Both the position numbers and the translations under genes were made by a program. Positions 10,293 through 19,894 of a stretch of 64,000 nucleotides of DNA are shown in pieces. Within the stretch, counting starts at the first letter, position 1, and every line of letters begins with the position of its first letter. Source of the stretch: Nitrospirales bacterium (lineage in GTDB: Bacteria; Nitrospirota; Nitrospiria; Nitrospirales; UBA8639); assembly GCA_963555755.3 (NCBI GenBank), contig OY820905.2:3264001-3328000 (forward strand), read 5' to 3'. The notes beneath the pieces are model-generated. The model had not been told where the DNA came from and searched no databases. It saw nothing but the letters and a program-made list of their open reading frames with translations.

Positions 10293-10376
10293 TTCGTTTC
10301 TCGTATCTCGTCGTTTGTATTTCGTCGTTCGTATTCTTTTTTTTTACGAGATACGAAATACGAGAGACGAACGACG
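10293..10376. repeat. Inverted pair of heptamer tandem arrays
   Basis: TCGTTTC TCGTATC ... T-run ... ACGAGAT ACGAAAT ACGAGAG ACGAACG. Confidence 0.8.
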
Positions 10377-10388
10377 TTTTTTTCTTCC

Positions 10389-11471
10389 TTAGGAATGCAT
10401 AGGATAGGAACCGAGGATTTTCAAAAACAAGCATCGGGATTTTATTTCATCGACGGTTCGGCGAATTCGATCTTCATTCATATGACCTTCGACATCCACG
10501 AAGAAAATATATTCCCAGGCTTTCCGTCGAGATGGTCGTGATTCAATCTTGGTCATATTGATACCATTTGACGCAAAAGGCCGAAGCAAATCGTACAGTG
10601 CACCTGCCTTATCTTTGACCGACAGCATGATCGAGGTCTTATCTTTTCCCGTGGGATCAGAGGCATGTTTGCACAACACGAGAAATCGTGTGAAGTTGTT
10701 AATGTTGTCTTCGATGCGCGATTTCAAAATTTTCAAGCCATACATTTGGGCTGCCAGCTCAGAGGCGATAGCTGCGGAATCCGGTTCGGCCACGCACTTT
10801 TCCGCGGCACCTGCCGTACTGGGCATTTCCCGAATGGCAACGTTGGGGACATGGCTTTCCAACCAGTTCCGACATTGGGCCAACGCATGGGGATGTGAAT
10901 AAATAGTTTTGACCGAATCGACGGTGTCCGCTCTGGACATCAAGTGATGGGAGACTTCTTGCAACACTTCCCCATAGATCGTCAAGTTGGAATCGATGAA
11001 CATATCCAGGGTGTAATTGACGACCCCTTCCGTTGAATTCTCAATCGGAACCACCCCGTAAAGAGCCCGCCCACGTTCGACTTCATCAAAGACTTCTTTT
11101 ATTCCACTAACCGGAACGTATTCAGCGGATTGGCCGAATTTCCCCAGGGCGGCCAGGTGCGTAAACGTAGCAGAAGGACCCAGGTACGCAACAGTCTGTA
11201 TACCTTCAAGGGAAAGGGATGCCGACATGATTTCCCGGTACACCGGACGAATCGCGTCGTTGGGAAAGGGCCCGGTGTTCAGTTTCGTCAAACGGTCGAC
11301 AATGGCTGCTTCACGCCCTGGGGTATGAAGAAGGGCATTGGGGTCCTCTTGCCGTTTGGCCTTGCCAATGGCAATGACATGATGCGATCGCTCATTGAGG
11401 AGTCGGAGGATTTCATCATCCAGCCGATCAATCTCCTGACGGGAAATTTCAATGTGTTGTTGTTCTGACAT
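10389..11471 (-). CDS. pheA: Bifunctional chorismate mutase / prephenate dehydratase
   Basis: R.EID.LD..IL.LLNER chorismate mutase domain, VAYLGP, VPIENSTEG, SHPHALAQC, NFTRF, ESRPS; start taken as ATG 11471 (MSEQQ). Confidence 0.95.
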   Translation of the reverse strand: MSEQQHIEISRQEIDRLDDEILRLLNERSHHVIAIGKAKRQEDPNALLHTPGREAAIVDRLTKLNTGPFPNDAIRPVYREIMSASLSLEGIQTVAYLGPSATFTHLAALGKFGQSAEYVPVSGIKEVFDEVERGRALYGVVPIENSTEGVVNYTLDMFIDSNLTIYGEVLQEVSHHLMSRADTVDSVKTIYSHPHALAQCRNWLESHVPNVAIREMPSTAGAAEKCVAEPDSAAIASELAAQMYGLKILKSRIEDNINNFTRFLVLCKHASDPTGKDKTSIMLSVKDKAGALYDLLRPFASNGINMTKIESRPSRRKAWEYIFFVDVEGHMNEDRIRRTVDEIKSRCLFLKILGSYPMHS

Positions 11472-11559
11472 ACGGTGGTCTGAGGAAAAACACAGTACCG
11501 GTGAGCATACGCAGAAGCACCCATCTTTGCAAGAAAGTGCAGGGCTTGGCACCACAATT

Positions 11560-11912
11560 TCGTCGCTGGTTGCTGGTCGCTCGTCGCTCGGGACTCGTCG
11601 CTCGTTAATCGTGATTCCTCTCTCGGAAACGACGAACGACGAGATGCGAGCGACCAGCGACACATTCCAATCATTGCCCTGACCGCCAACGCGATGGCCG
11701 AAGATCGGGAGCGATGCCTTGTAGCCGGGATGGATGATTTCCTCACGAAACCGGTTAAACTCGATGTGCTCGAAAGAATATTGAAGCAGTGGTTGGGTCG
11801 AGTGCCTTCGAGTAATCCGGAGGCGTCAATATCTCAAAACCAACAGTCTGCGGGTACAGTTTCGTCCACTGAGGACGATGCCTTACCTTCTTCGTCTGCC
11901 CTTCCCTGTTGA
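11560..11912 (+). pseudogene. C-terminal receiver-domain remnant of a hybrid histidine kinase, with an in-frame heptamer-repeat segment
   Basis: The frame reads ...[60 protein letters not shown]; the phospho-Asp half of the REC domain is missing. Confidence 0.75.
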
Positions 11913-11940
11913 TCTACAGGGGCTCAGGGAACTGGTTGAA

Positions 11941-12237
11941 CTAGGAGCCTGTCCGAGATTAGCGATCGTCATGAGGATGTGCGGGTTTGAGTCAGATATT
12001 TCGATCGTTTGAGGCGAATAGTGGGACTCTTCAACGAAAACGGGGAATGTTTAAAAAGGTTGTCCAGCGAGGCCGCAGGGCTTTGGGCGCGCGGAGCGGA
12101 CGCGGAGTACGTGAGCACGCCAAAAGCCCGAGAACGCAGCTGGCGGCCTTTTTCAACATTCCCCGAAAAGGATCGGAAGATCTGGCCAAATCCAGCGCAT
12201 CCGCAGTAGATTCGTCTAATCTCGGACAGGCTCCTAG
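11941..12237. mobile_element. MITE (family B) with CTAG ends, containing a nested family A MITE
   Basis: 22-bp inverted ends CTAGGAGCCTGTCCGAGATTAG / CTAATCTCGGACAGGCTCCTAG. Confidence 0.8.
12042..12164. mobile_element. MITE family A (simple form)
   Basis: GGGGAATGTTTAAAAAGG ... CCTTTTTCAACATTCCCC; internal GAGGCCGCAG, AGTACGTGAGCACG and CCGAGAACGCAGCTG. Confidence 0.8.
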
Positions 12238-12322
12238 GCCAAAATATCCTAAATTTTGGTTCAAACCTTAGTAATAGACGAGATGTGATCATGTAACAGA
12301 ATGCCGTATTTTGTTACATTAA

Positions 12323-12461
12323 GGCACCTCTAAAAACCGTCCTTTTCCGTGATGGCGGCGTCAGCCGCGTGCTCAAATCCTCCTGTATTCGCCCATACAC
12401 TCCGGTTTTCCGCGCGCGGTTTCCTTGCCCTCACAAAAAATGCCTGGTTTTTAGAGGTGCC
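12323..12461. mobile_element. MITE (family F), TIR GGCACCTCTAAAAACC
   Basis: 16-bp inverted ends; a near-identical inverted partial copy lies at 16596-16680. Confidence 0.78.
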
Positions 12462-12688
12462 CATTAATGGGATTACTGTCGGTGGTGAATTCCTAGCGTT
12501 TAAAAGCCGCATGGTTATTCACTTTGTCAATTTTTTGTAACACTTCTCTAAGAGAAGTGTTACATCTTTGCGCATCCTGCGATCTAATCCACAATCTCAG
12601 ATAACTTTCTAGTGCACGTCAATTTTTCCTGTGGGCGAAACCCACCCTACTATTCTGAATAATTGTCGTCCAGGGATTTTCATTTCAC

Positions 12689-12804
12689 CGCGTTGGGTGC
12701 GACGGGGACGTAGCATCGAATTCGACTCTTTGGCGAGCATTGTCTGAGCGGAGCGAGTTGCGCAGCCATGTAATTCGATACGGAGGCGGAGGGACCCCCA
12801 AGGG
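12689..12804 (+). repeat. Left half of dispersed repeat family G, interrupted by IS4 copy 1 (right half 15383-15467)
   Basis: Aligns with 32270-32385 (CGCGTTGGG...GAGCG.AGCGAGTT...CGGAGGCGGAGGGACCCCC). Confidence 0.8.
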
Positions 12805-15382
12805 CAATGGCATTCGGTTTGGTTCGAACGAACAATCTGCCTTCTCTGTTATCAGCGGAACTGGTTGATTGATCAGGGCTTCTGAACCGAAGTCGCCCTG
12901 GTGTCCTTTTTCGCTTGACTTCTTTTCCGTCTTCTGAGAGACTATCCTCGATGAAGACTGTGGACACCTTACCCAAGACGACCTTTAGCGGGCGGCGGTT
13001 CACCCGCAAGCAGTTGGCGCAGGTCCAAGAAACCGTCCAGCTGTTCCCCCACCTGAGTCGGAAGGAATTGGCCCTCACCGTCTGTGAGCATCTCAGCTGG
13101 ACCACGCCGACGGGCCACAACAAGATTCATTCCTGTTTGACCTTGCTGACCGAGCTGGAAGCGCACGGGATCGTGACTCTGCCGGCCACGCGCCACAAGC
13201 GCGCGCCGGGACACCCCATCCCTGCGTTTCACGAGCCGCCCCCCACCGAGCCACTCACCGACACCCTCGCCGCCGTGGCCCCAATTACCCTGCACCGGGT
13301 GGTCTCGAAAGAGGAACGCGAGAGCTGGAAAGTCTACCTGCAGACCTATCATTATTTGGGCTATAAACACCCGATCGGGGCCCAGCTGGGCTATCTGGTG
13401 AGATCGGCCGCCCAGCCGTACCCGCTGGGCTGTCTGCTGTTTTCGGCCTCGGCCGCCTGGGCGCTGGCCCCCAGAGATCACTGGATTGGCTGGGACGTGA
13501 CGCACCGGAGGAAGCTCCTGCCATTGGTGTTGCGCAATGATCGGTTTTTGATCTTTCCGTGGATTGACGTGCCGAATCTCGCCAGCCATGTGCTGGCGCG
13601 GGCCACCAAGCAGATCGGGGACGACTGGGTTGAAGTCTACGGTTATCGCCCGGTGCTGATTGAAACGTTCATCGATCCCTCCCGGTTTGCCGGGACCTGT
13701 TATCGAGCGGCCAATTGGCACTTCGTGGGCTACACCGAGGGGCGCGGGCGGTTTGGCTCAACGTCGGACCGTCCACCCACGACAAAAGAGATTTTTCTCT
13801 ATCCGCTCCAACCCGACTGGCGCGCGTGCCTGACTGCCGGGCATCGAGCCGTCACGGTGAAGACACGCTATCGCAACGACGTGCGAGCCAGTCGCACACG
13901 GTCCGTCGGGGAAGGGTTTGTCGCCTGGTGGAAACAGGTGGTCCACATCCTCCACGACGTGGCGGCCCAGTACGATGACCAGTGGCGCGTCCGGAAACGG
14001 GTGATCGATTCCCTGATCCTGATGCTGTTGATCTTTCGGTTGGTGTCGTCAACCAACTCCCAAAGTTACGGCACCACCATTGATGACTTGTGGGACAGTT
14101 GCGACAACCTGGCGCTCGCGCTCCCGCAACCCCACAGCATCGCGCCGGCGTCCTTTTGTGTCGCACGTCGCAAACTGGACGAAGCCATTTTCCAGTCCGT
14201 CAACCGGAACATTCTGGACGCCTATGCCCCACACGACTCCAACGACACCTGGTTGGGCCATCGGGTGTTTGCCGTCGATGGCTCCAAGCTTACACTGCCC
14301 CGCGCGTTGCGGGCGTGTGGCTACCCCTTGCCCTCTGACAATGCACACTATCCTCAAGGGTTGCTGAGTTGCCTCTACCACCTCACGTCGCAAGTGCCCT
14401 GGGATTTCGACCTCGTCGCGCATGGCAACGAGCGACGGTGCGCCCTGCGGCACCTGGCTGTGCTGAAGCCCAACGATGTCGTGGTGTACGATCGAGGCTA
14501 TTTCTCCTACGTCCTGCTGCATCAGCACTGGACCGCCGGGATCCACGCCGTGTTTCGTCTCCAAGACAGCGGGTTCAAGGAGATTCAAGAGTTTTTTGCC
14601 GGCCCGGACACCGACACCACGGTCACCCTCTTCCCCGCCGCACGCACGCAACGAGACATCCGGGCGGTCTATCCTGATCTCGCCATCATCCCGTTGAGCC
14701 TGCGGCTTCTGAAATATGAGATGGCCGGCAGCCGATTTTGCTTGGGCACCACTCTGGTCGGCCCCCAGCAGCGGTATCCGCTCCAGGAGTTCATGGATCT
14801 CTACCATGCCCGTTGGGGCATCGAGGAACTCTACAAGGTGAGCAAGCGCCTGTTCCTCATCGAGGAGTTTCATGCCAAAACCGAGCGCGGCGTCAAACAA
14901 GAGCTCTTCGCGCATTTCGTCCTGATCACCATGAACCGGCTGTTCGCCAATCGGGCGGACCACGCACTCAATCCCGAAGCCCCCGCAGCTGAGCCCATGG
15001 CCCCTCCCGGATCGTCCATAGTTGGAACCGGCACCGGGGCGAGGCGGACATTCAAGACCAACTTCAAACATTGCCTTCACGTGTTTGCGCGAAGCTTCGA
15101 AGATCTGCTCGTGCTCCATGCTCGGATGCAGACCGCCGTCCAACGGGCCTTCGAGTCCATTGTGAGTCACTACCAACGGGTGAGGCCGGGCCGATCCTAT
15201 CCTCGAACATCCATGAAACCGGAGTCCACGTGGCATCCACCCAAAAAGAACAGCCAGTCCAAGAACCCCACAGGGTCGATGGCCTCTATCTGAAAGTCCC
15301 TTAAGCACATGGAATCCGTTTCTTAAACGAATGAGCCAAATCCTTAAACGAATGCCGCCCATTCCTTAAACGAATGCCATTG
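12805..15382 (+). mobile_element. IS4-family insertion sequence, 2578 bp (copy 1)
   Basis: TIR CAATGGCATTCG / CGAATGCCATTG; 10-bp target duplication CCCCCAAGGG at 12795-12804 and 15383-15392. Confidence 0.95.
12951..15293 (+). CDS. IS4-family DDE transposase with an N-terminal DUF4338-like domain
   Basis: AVDGS, VYDRGY and the Y-2-R-3-E-6-K signature YHARWGIEELYKVSK; N-terminal HYLGY...RD.WIGW...RFLI.PW...NLAS.VL...ETF.D..RF.GTCYRAANW. Start is ATG 12951 or TTG 12915. Confidence 0.9.
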   Translation: MKTVDTLPKTTFSGRRFTRKQLAQVQETVQLFPHLSRKELALTVCEHLSWTTPTGHNKIHSCLTLLTELEAHGIVTLPATRHKRAPGHPIPAFHEPPPTEPLTDTLAAVAPITLHRVVSKEERESWKVYLQTYHYLGYKHPIGAQLGYLVRSAAQPYPLGCLLFSASAAWALAPRDHWIGWDVTHRRKLLPLVLRNDRFLIFPWIDVPNLASHVLARATKQIGDDWVEVYGYRPVLIETFIDPSRFAGTCYRAANWHFVGYTEGRGRFGSTSDRPPTTKEIFLYPLQPDWRACLTAGHRAVTVKTRYRNDVRASRTRSVGEGFVAWWKQVVHILHDVAAQYDDQWRVRKRVIDSLILMLLIFRLVSSTNSQSYGTTIDDLWDSCDNLALALPQPHSIAPASFCVARRKLDEAIFQSVNRNILDAYAPHDSNDTWLGHRVFAVDGSKLTLPRALRACGYPLPSDNAHYPQGLLSCLYHLTSQVPWDFDLVAHGNERRCALRHLAVLKPNDVVVYDRGYFSYVLLHQHWTAGIHAVFRLQDSGFKEIQEFFAGPDTDTTVTLFPAARTQRDIRAVYPDLAIIPLSLRLLKYEMAGSRFCLGTTLVGPQQRYPLQEFMDLYHARWGIEELYKVSKRLFLIEEFHAKTERGVKQELFAHFVLITMNRLFANRADHALNPEAPAAEPMAPPGSSIVGTGTGARRTFKTNFKHCLHVFARSFEDLLVLHARMQTAVQRAFESIVSHYQRVRPGRSYPRTSMKPESTWHPPKKNSQSKNPTGSMASI

Positions 15383-15539
15383 CCCCCAAGGGGGCCGCGC
15401 ACAGGCAAAAATGGTGTTGGTCCCTTTTGCCCAAACAAAAGGGACTCGTCTACAGGGGCGAAACCCTATAGAAATTAATACCCTTACCCGTCTTTCCCAA
15501 TTAATAATCCTGCTGGTACAATCCTAATCGAGGACACTC

Positions 15540-16412
15540 ATGGCCAAACTTTCTAAACGCCTCTCCACAAATGTCGAAGGTAACTTCTATGTCGACTCCA
15601 CATGTATCGACTGTGATACCTGTCGGCAATTAGCCCCCACGACGTTTGTCGAAAACGGCGACTACTCCACGGTGTTTCACCAGCCAAAATCAAGGTCCGA
15701 GGAATTCGAGGCCTATCAAGCCCTGATCGCCTGTCCGGTGGGATCGATAGGAGTGGTAGAGAACAACGACTCCCAATTCACCCAAGCCAAAACTTCTTTT
15801 CCTCTAGAGTTGGAAGCAGGGGTGTTTTACAACGGATTCAATTCTGAGAAATCCTTTGGTGCAAACAGCTATTTTGTTCAACATCCTGAGGGGAATTGGC
15901 TGATCGACTCGCCTCGGTATCTCAAACACTTAGTCAACACCTTCAAAGATCTTGGGGGAATTCAGTACATTTTTTTGAGTCATGAAGATGATGTGGCGGA
16001 TGCCAGCCGCTATGCCAAAACGTTCGGGGCCACTCGGATCATTCATCGGGCTGATGCGCATGCCCTGCCTGATGCGGAAAGGATTGTGGATGGGCAGGAA
16101 AAGGTACAAGCCACACCCGGGTTTATGTTGATCCCGGTTTCTGGGCACACGAAGGGAAGCATGGCCTTACTCTACAACAACCGATTTCTCTTTACCGGTG
16201 ACCATCTCTGGTGGGATCCGCACAAGGAGCAATTGGGAACGCCCTCCAACTTGATTTGGGATAAGACGCAATTGCTGCAATCTTTGTCACGCTTGTCGGA
16301 GGTGACATTTGAATGGGTGCTCCCTGGCCATGGGCATCGGGTCCATTTCGATGGCGCCACGATGCAGCGCCATTTGAAAGCGTTAGTCGATTCTCGTTCC
16401 TTGGCACTCTAG
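15540..16412 (+). CDS. Ferredoxin-like domain fused to an MBL-fold metallo-hydrolase
   Basis: CIDCDTC...CPVGSIG followed by SHEDDVAD, GHTKGS, FTGDH and LPGHG. Confidence 0.88.
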   Translation: MAKLSKRLSTNVEGNFYVDSTCIDCDTCRQLAPTTFVENGDYSTVFHQPKSRSEEFEAYQALIACPVGSIGVVENNDSQFTQAKTSFPLELEAGVFYNGFNSEKSFGANSYFVQHPEGNWLIDSPRYLKHLVNTFKDLGGIQYIFLSHEDDVADASRYAKTFGATRIIHRADAHALPDAERIVDGQEKVQATPGFMLIPVSGHTKGSMALLYNNRFLFTGDHLWWDPHKEQLGTPSNLIWDKTQLLQSLSRLSEVTFEWVLPGHGHRVHFDGATMQRHLKALVDSRSLAL

Positions 16413-16595
16413 TCCTTCCTTTTGGTTTGACGAATTTCTCCTACCCTTTAATTCCGTGATCCAATCAACGGAAAAGAATCAAGAGGAGTATCACGTATTT
16501 TCGTGAAATGAGCTATGGCATGATTACGGCGATTGGGGACGTCTTGCGGCGTTGTGATGAACGGGGATGGATTACTTCGCGAGATGGAAACTGTA

Positions 16596-16722
16596 GGGCA
16601 CCTCTACAAACCAGGCATTTTTTGTGAGGGCAAGGAAGCCGCGCGCGGAAAACCGGTGTGTATGGGCGAATACATGAGGACCGGGCGTTACGCTTCACGT
16701 ATCACGCTTCACGCATTACGTC
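16596..16722. repeat. Truncated family F MITE joined to a heptamer array
   Basis: 16596-16680 is the reverse complement of the right part of 12323-12461; followed by TTACGCT TCACGTA TCACGCT TCACGCA TTACG. Confidence 0.75.
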
Positions 16723-17342
16723 CTCCGCTTTGCAATCACATTAAGCCATCGTCCTTTGCGTTCGCGGTTACTCATCGTCTGTACAGAGATGATGTGCCAT
16801 CTCGCCTGTTGAAAGACTTTCTGTAATTCTGGCTTCAACCATTTGCACATATATCGGCCAGGAATCCATTGGCCAGGCAGGAGCCCGGCTCCTTTACCGT
16901 GAAGAAATGTCGCAGCAAGAAAACCAGTTGGGCGAATGAGAGCGCGAACCTGTCGTAGGACTTTTTTGAGTGTTGTTTTTGGGAGATGAATCAACGAAGC
17001 CGCAGCCCAGATACCGTCAAAGGTTTCGGGTGAAAAGGGGAGATGTTCTATATCGGCCTGAACCAGGGGCAACTTCGGACTTCGCTTTTTTGCCGCTTGG
17101 AGAAAGAGTCGTGTCAGATCTAGCCCCACGACGTGAAATCCTCGTCGTCGAAGATAGCGGCTATCCTGTCCTGGGCCGCAACCCAGGTCTAGAACTTGCG
17201 AGCGTGGAGGTAGATGCTCGATCCAGATTTGGAGGTGGAGAGGTATTCGATAGGTACGACGATGCCATTCCTTAAGATACACCTCTGACCAGGAGGCATA
17301 AGCCTGGATCGTCTGTTTCGTGGTCGATCGAATGGCTCCCAT
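16716..17342 (-). CDS. Class I SAM-dependent methyltransferase
   Basis: VLDLGCGPG, GLDL, FDGIWAAASLIH. Confidence 0.88.
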   Translation of the reverse strand: MGAIRSTTKQTIQAYASWSEVYLKEWHRRTYRIPLHLQIWIEHLPPRSQVLDLGCGPGQDSRYLRRRGFHVVGLDLTRLFLQAAKKRSPKLPLVQADIEHLPFSPETFDGIWAAASLIHLPKTTLKKVLRQVRALIRPTGFLAATFLHGKGAGLLPGQWIPGRYMCKWLKPELQKVFQQARWHIISVQTMSNRERKGRWLNVIAKRRT

Positions 17343-17543
17343 ACCTAGTGAGTTCCACAATTAATAGTGTTCGTGCTCATTCCTATTCATCAACAGTGTT
17401 TGTGAGGATGAGTGCCAGGGGCAGCAAGGGAATCACGCACGATCCGATAAAGAGAGAAAGAATTAAAAAACACATAGACGCAATCCGTATCCTGAACAAC
17501 TGTTTCTGAAGGGCCATTTCTTTCCCCAATAAAGCGGTGCTTT

Positions 17544-17996
17544 ATGGTCATGATCACCAAATGGCTGTCTCGCAACCTTAAGGTTGTATTAGGAATGTTG
17601 TGGGTCGTCCTCTGCCTTTCGGTATTCTCCCTCATCGGGAGTGTGCTGGGGCAACAGACAACATCACATGCTGAAGAATCCGAGGTTGCATCTGATAAGT
17701 CTGCGAAGGTCAGCGTTGAAACCAAACGGCAGAGGTGGACGATCATTTGTGAACGAGAAGATGGTACACAGGGGGTCTTTCGCATTTTGTCAAACCTGAC
17801 CGACGAGGCGTCACCGCTGGAACGCACGCCACATGCCGAACTGGGTGAGGCGACCAAGGAATCCTCATCCCAAGAAATGGAAGACGAAACCCCCGCGATC
17901 CCAGACGAAGATCCTTTTGGCAATCCCACGCTCCACTGTGCAAGACTTCTCACTCTCTTGGCCCTGTTTGGGACTGAAAACACTTCGACCCCTTGA
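17544..17996 (+). CDS. Hypothetical exported or membrane-anchored protein
   Basis: N-terminal hydrophobic segment and acidic body; no family recognised. Confidence 0.45.
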   Translation: MVMITKWLSRNLKVVLGMLWVVLCLSVFSLIGSVLGQQTTSHAEESEVASDKSAKVSVETKRQRWTIICEREDGTQGVFRILSNLTDEASPLERTPHAELGEATKESSSQEMEDETPAIPDEDPFGNPTLHCARLLTLLALFGTENTSTP

Positions 17997-18000
17997 ACTC

Positions 18001-18094
18001 TCGCTAGTTGCTCGTATCTCGTATTTCGTAAAAAAAAGAAGGCGATCGACGAGATACGTTTATTTCTTCCCGAGATACGCTTCACGCTTACGCG
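18001..18094. repeat. Inverted heptamer arrays
   Basis: TCGTATC TCGTATT TCGT ... ACGAGAT ... CGAGATA CGCTTCA CGCTTAC. Confidence 0.7.
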
Positions 18095-19894
18095 CCGGGC
18101 CACCTCCGCCATAGTAGCCTCTTGGCTACGACGGCCGGGAGCGCTGCAGTGCGCAGGCACTAGATACTAGATGCATTTGTTTCTTCACCATCCAAGCTGT
18201 TTCGGTGATACCCAAAGAAATCCTCGATAATGAAATACACTGAGGGAAGGATGGTGAGAATAATCACGGTCCCGAATAAAATTCCAAACCCAAGTGAGAT
18301 GGCCATGGGAATAATGAATCGAGCCTGAAGCGCCGTCTCAAAGATCATCGGGGCTAATCCAAAGAATGTGGTCAACGATGTCAGGACAATGGGACGAAAA
18401 CGTTTCATGGCGCCTTGGACTATGGCTTCAATTAACGGCATATGTTCTTCATCACGAAGCTGATTGGTGGCAACAATCAACACCAATGAATCATTGATGA
18501 CCACACCAGCCAACGCAATGATCCCAAATAGACTGATAATGCTGAGCCCATAGCCCAGGAGGAAATGCCCGCCCACGGCGCCGATTATTCCGAAGGGAAT
18601 GCTGAGCATGACGATGAGTGGTTGCACGTAACTTCTAAACGGAATGGCCAACAGTCCATAGATGAGTAACATCGCCAAACTGAATCCTACCGCCAGGGCC
18701 GACAGCGATTCTTGCTGAGAGGCTCGTTGGCCTTCCAGCGAATAATTGAGGCCTGGATATTTTTTCTGTAAAGCCTCCAATTCATTCGCGGTGATTTCTC
18801 CAATAATGGTATTGGCATTAGAAGTTTTTTCATCCACGTCCGCGGTCACGGCCACGATACGGCGCCCGTCTCGGCGTTGTATTTCTGTGTAGGCATGTCC
18901 GGGTTCAATGTCGGCCGCTTCGGCCAGCGTGATCTCTCCGCCTTGTTCTGTCAGAAGTACCAACTGTTCCACCGTGTACAATGAACCGCGCTCCTCTTCG
19001 GGTAACCGAACCATCACTTTGACTTCATTGCGCCCGCGTTGTTGCCGAAGGGCTTCCACTCCGTAAAATGCGCCACGAACCTGGCGAGCCAAATCCATCG
19101 CATTCAAGCCGAGGCTTTGTGCCTCCGGTCTGATCTGAAAACTCATTTGTGCTTTTCCTCTAGACACGCCGTCATCGATATCCGCCACACCACTATAGTG
19201 CGAGAGGGCGGTGGCTAACTCCTGGGCCGCAGCTTCTAGAATGGGTCGTGAACGATGCGTGAGTTGAATATCAATGGGCGCACCGTCGGATGGACCAGTC
19301 TCCGCTTTAAACGTGAGAGACTCTAACCCTGGGATTGTCCCTATAAAATCACGCCAGTCATGGCTAAATTGACCGCCACTGACATTTCGTTGGTCTGCAG
19401 GGACCAGAAACACCATCATGCCCACCAGATGACTGCCGGCGGCGGCACCCGGAACAACCCCCGGGCCCAATCGAGGTAAGGGCGTTCCGATTTGGGCATA
19501 GATTCCCCGAAGAATTGAATCGCCGCCGTGCTTTTCGATGCTCGCCCTGGCTCCCTTCAGCATCTGTTGCAGGACTTCACGAGAGGATTCTATCGGCGCG
19601 CCATACGGCAAGGTGGCTTGGGCCATGATCAGTTCAGAATCAATCGCTGGCATAAAACTAAAGGGGATATGTCCACCCGCCACTGTGCCAAGGGCTAAAA
19701 TCAAGATGGCTAATCCAATCGCCAGGGTCAGGTATTTATTGGCAAGGACGACTCTGAGAAACGGTTGATATCGATCGTTGATAAAATGTTTCATGTGCCC
19801 GCTAAACCAGATACGGGGAGCATCCATGACATGCCAAAACCGTGATGCGCTCTTTGTGGCCGAGAGATGAGCCGGAAGGACAAATAACGATTCA

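Noticed and set aside
11472..11663. 64-aa N-terminal extension of PheA
   Set aside because: Derived from the heptamer array and intergenic DNA; the chorismate mutase domain begins at ATG 11471.
12951..13900. Druantia anti-phage system
   Set aside because: Only a DUF4338-like domain fused to a transposase; no DruE helicase or other dru genes are present.
14049..15362. 437-aa antisense ORF, its twin at 32406-33719, and the 250-aa ORFs
   Set aside because: Shadow frames of the GC-rich transposase gene with no recognisable motifs.
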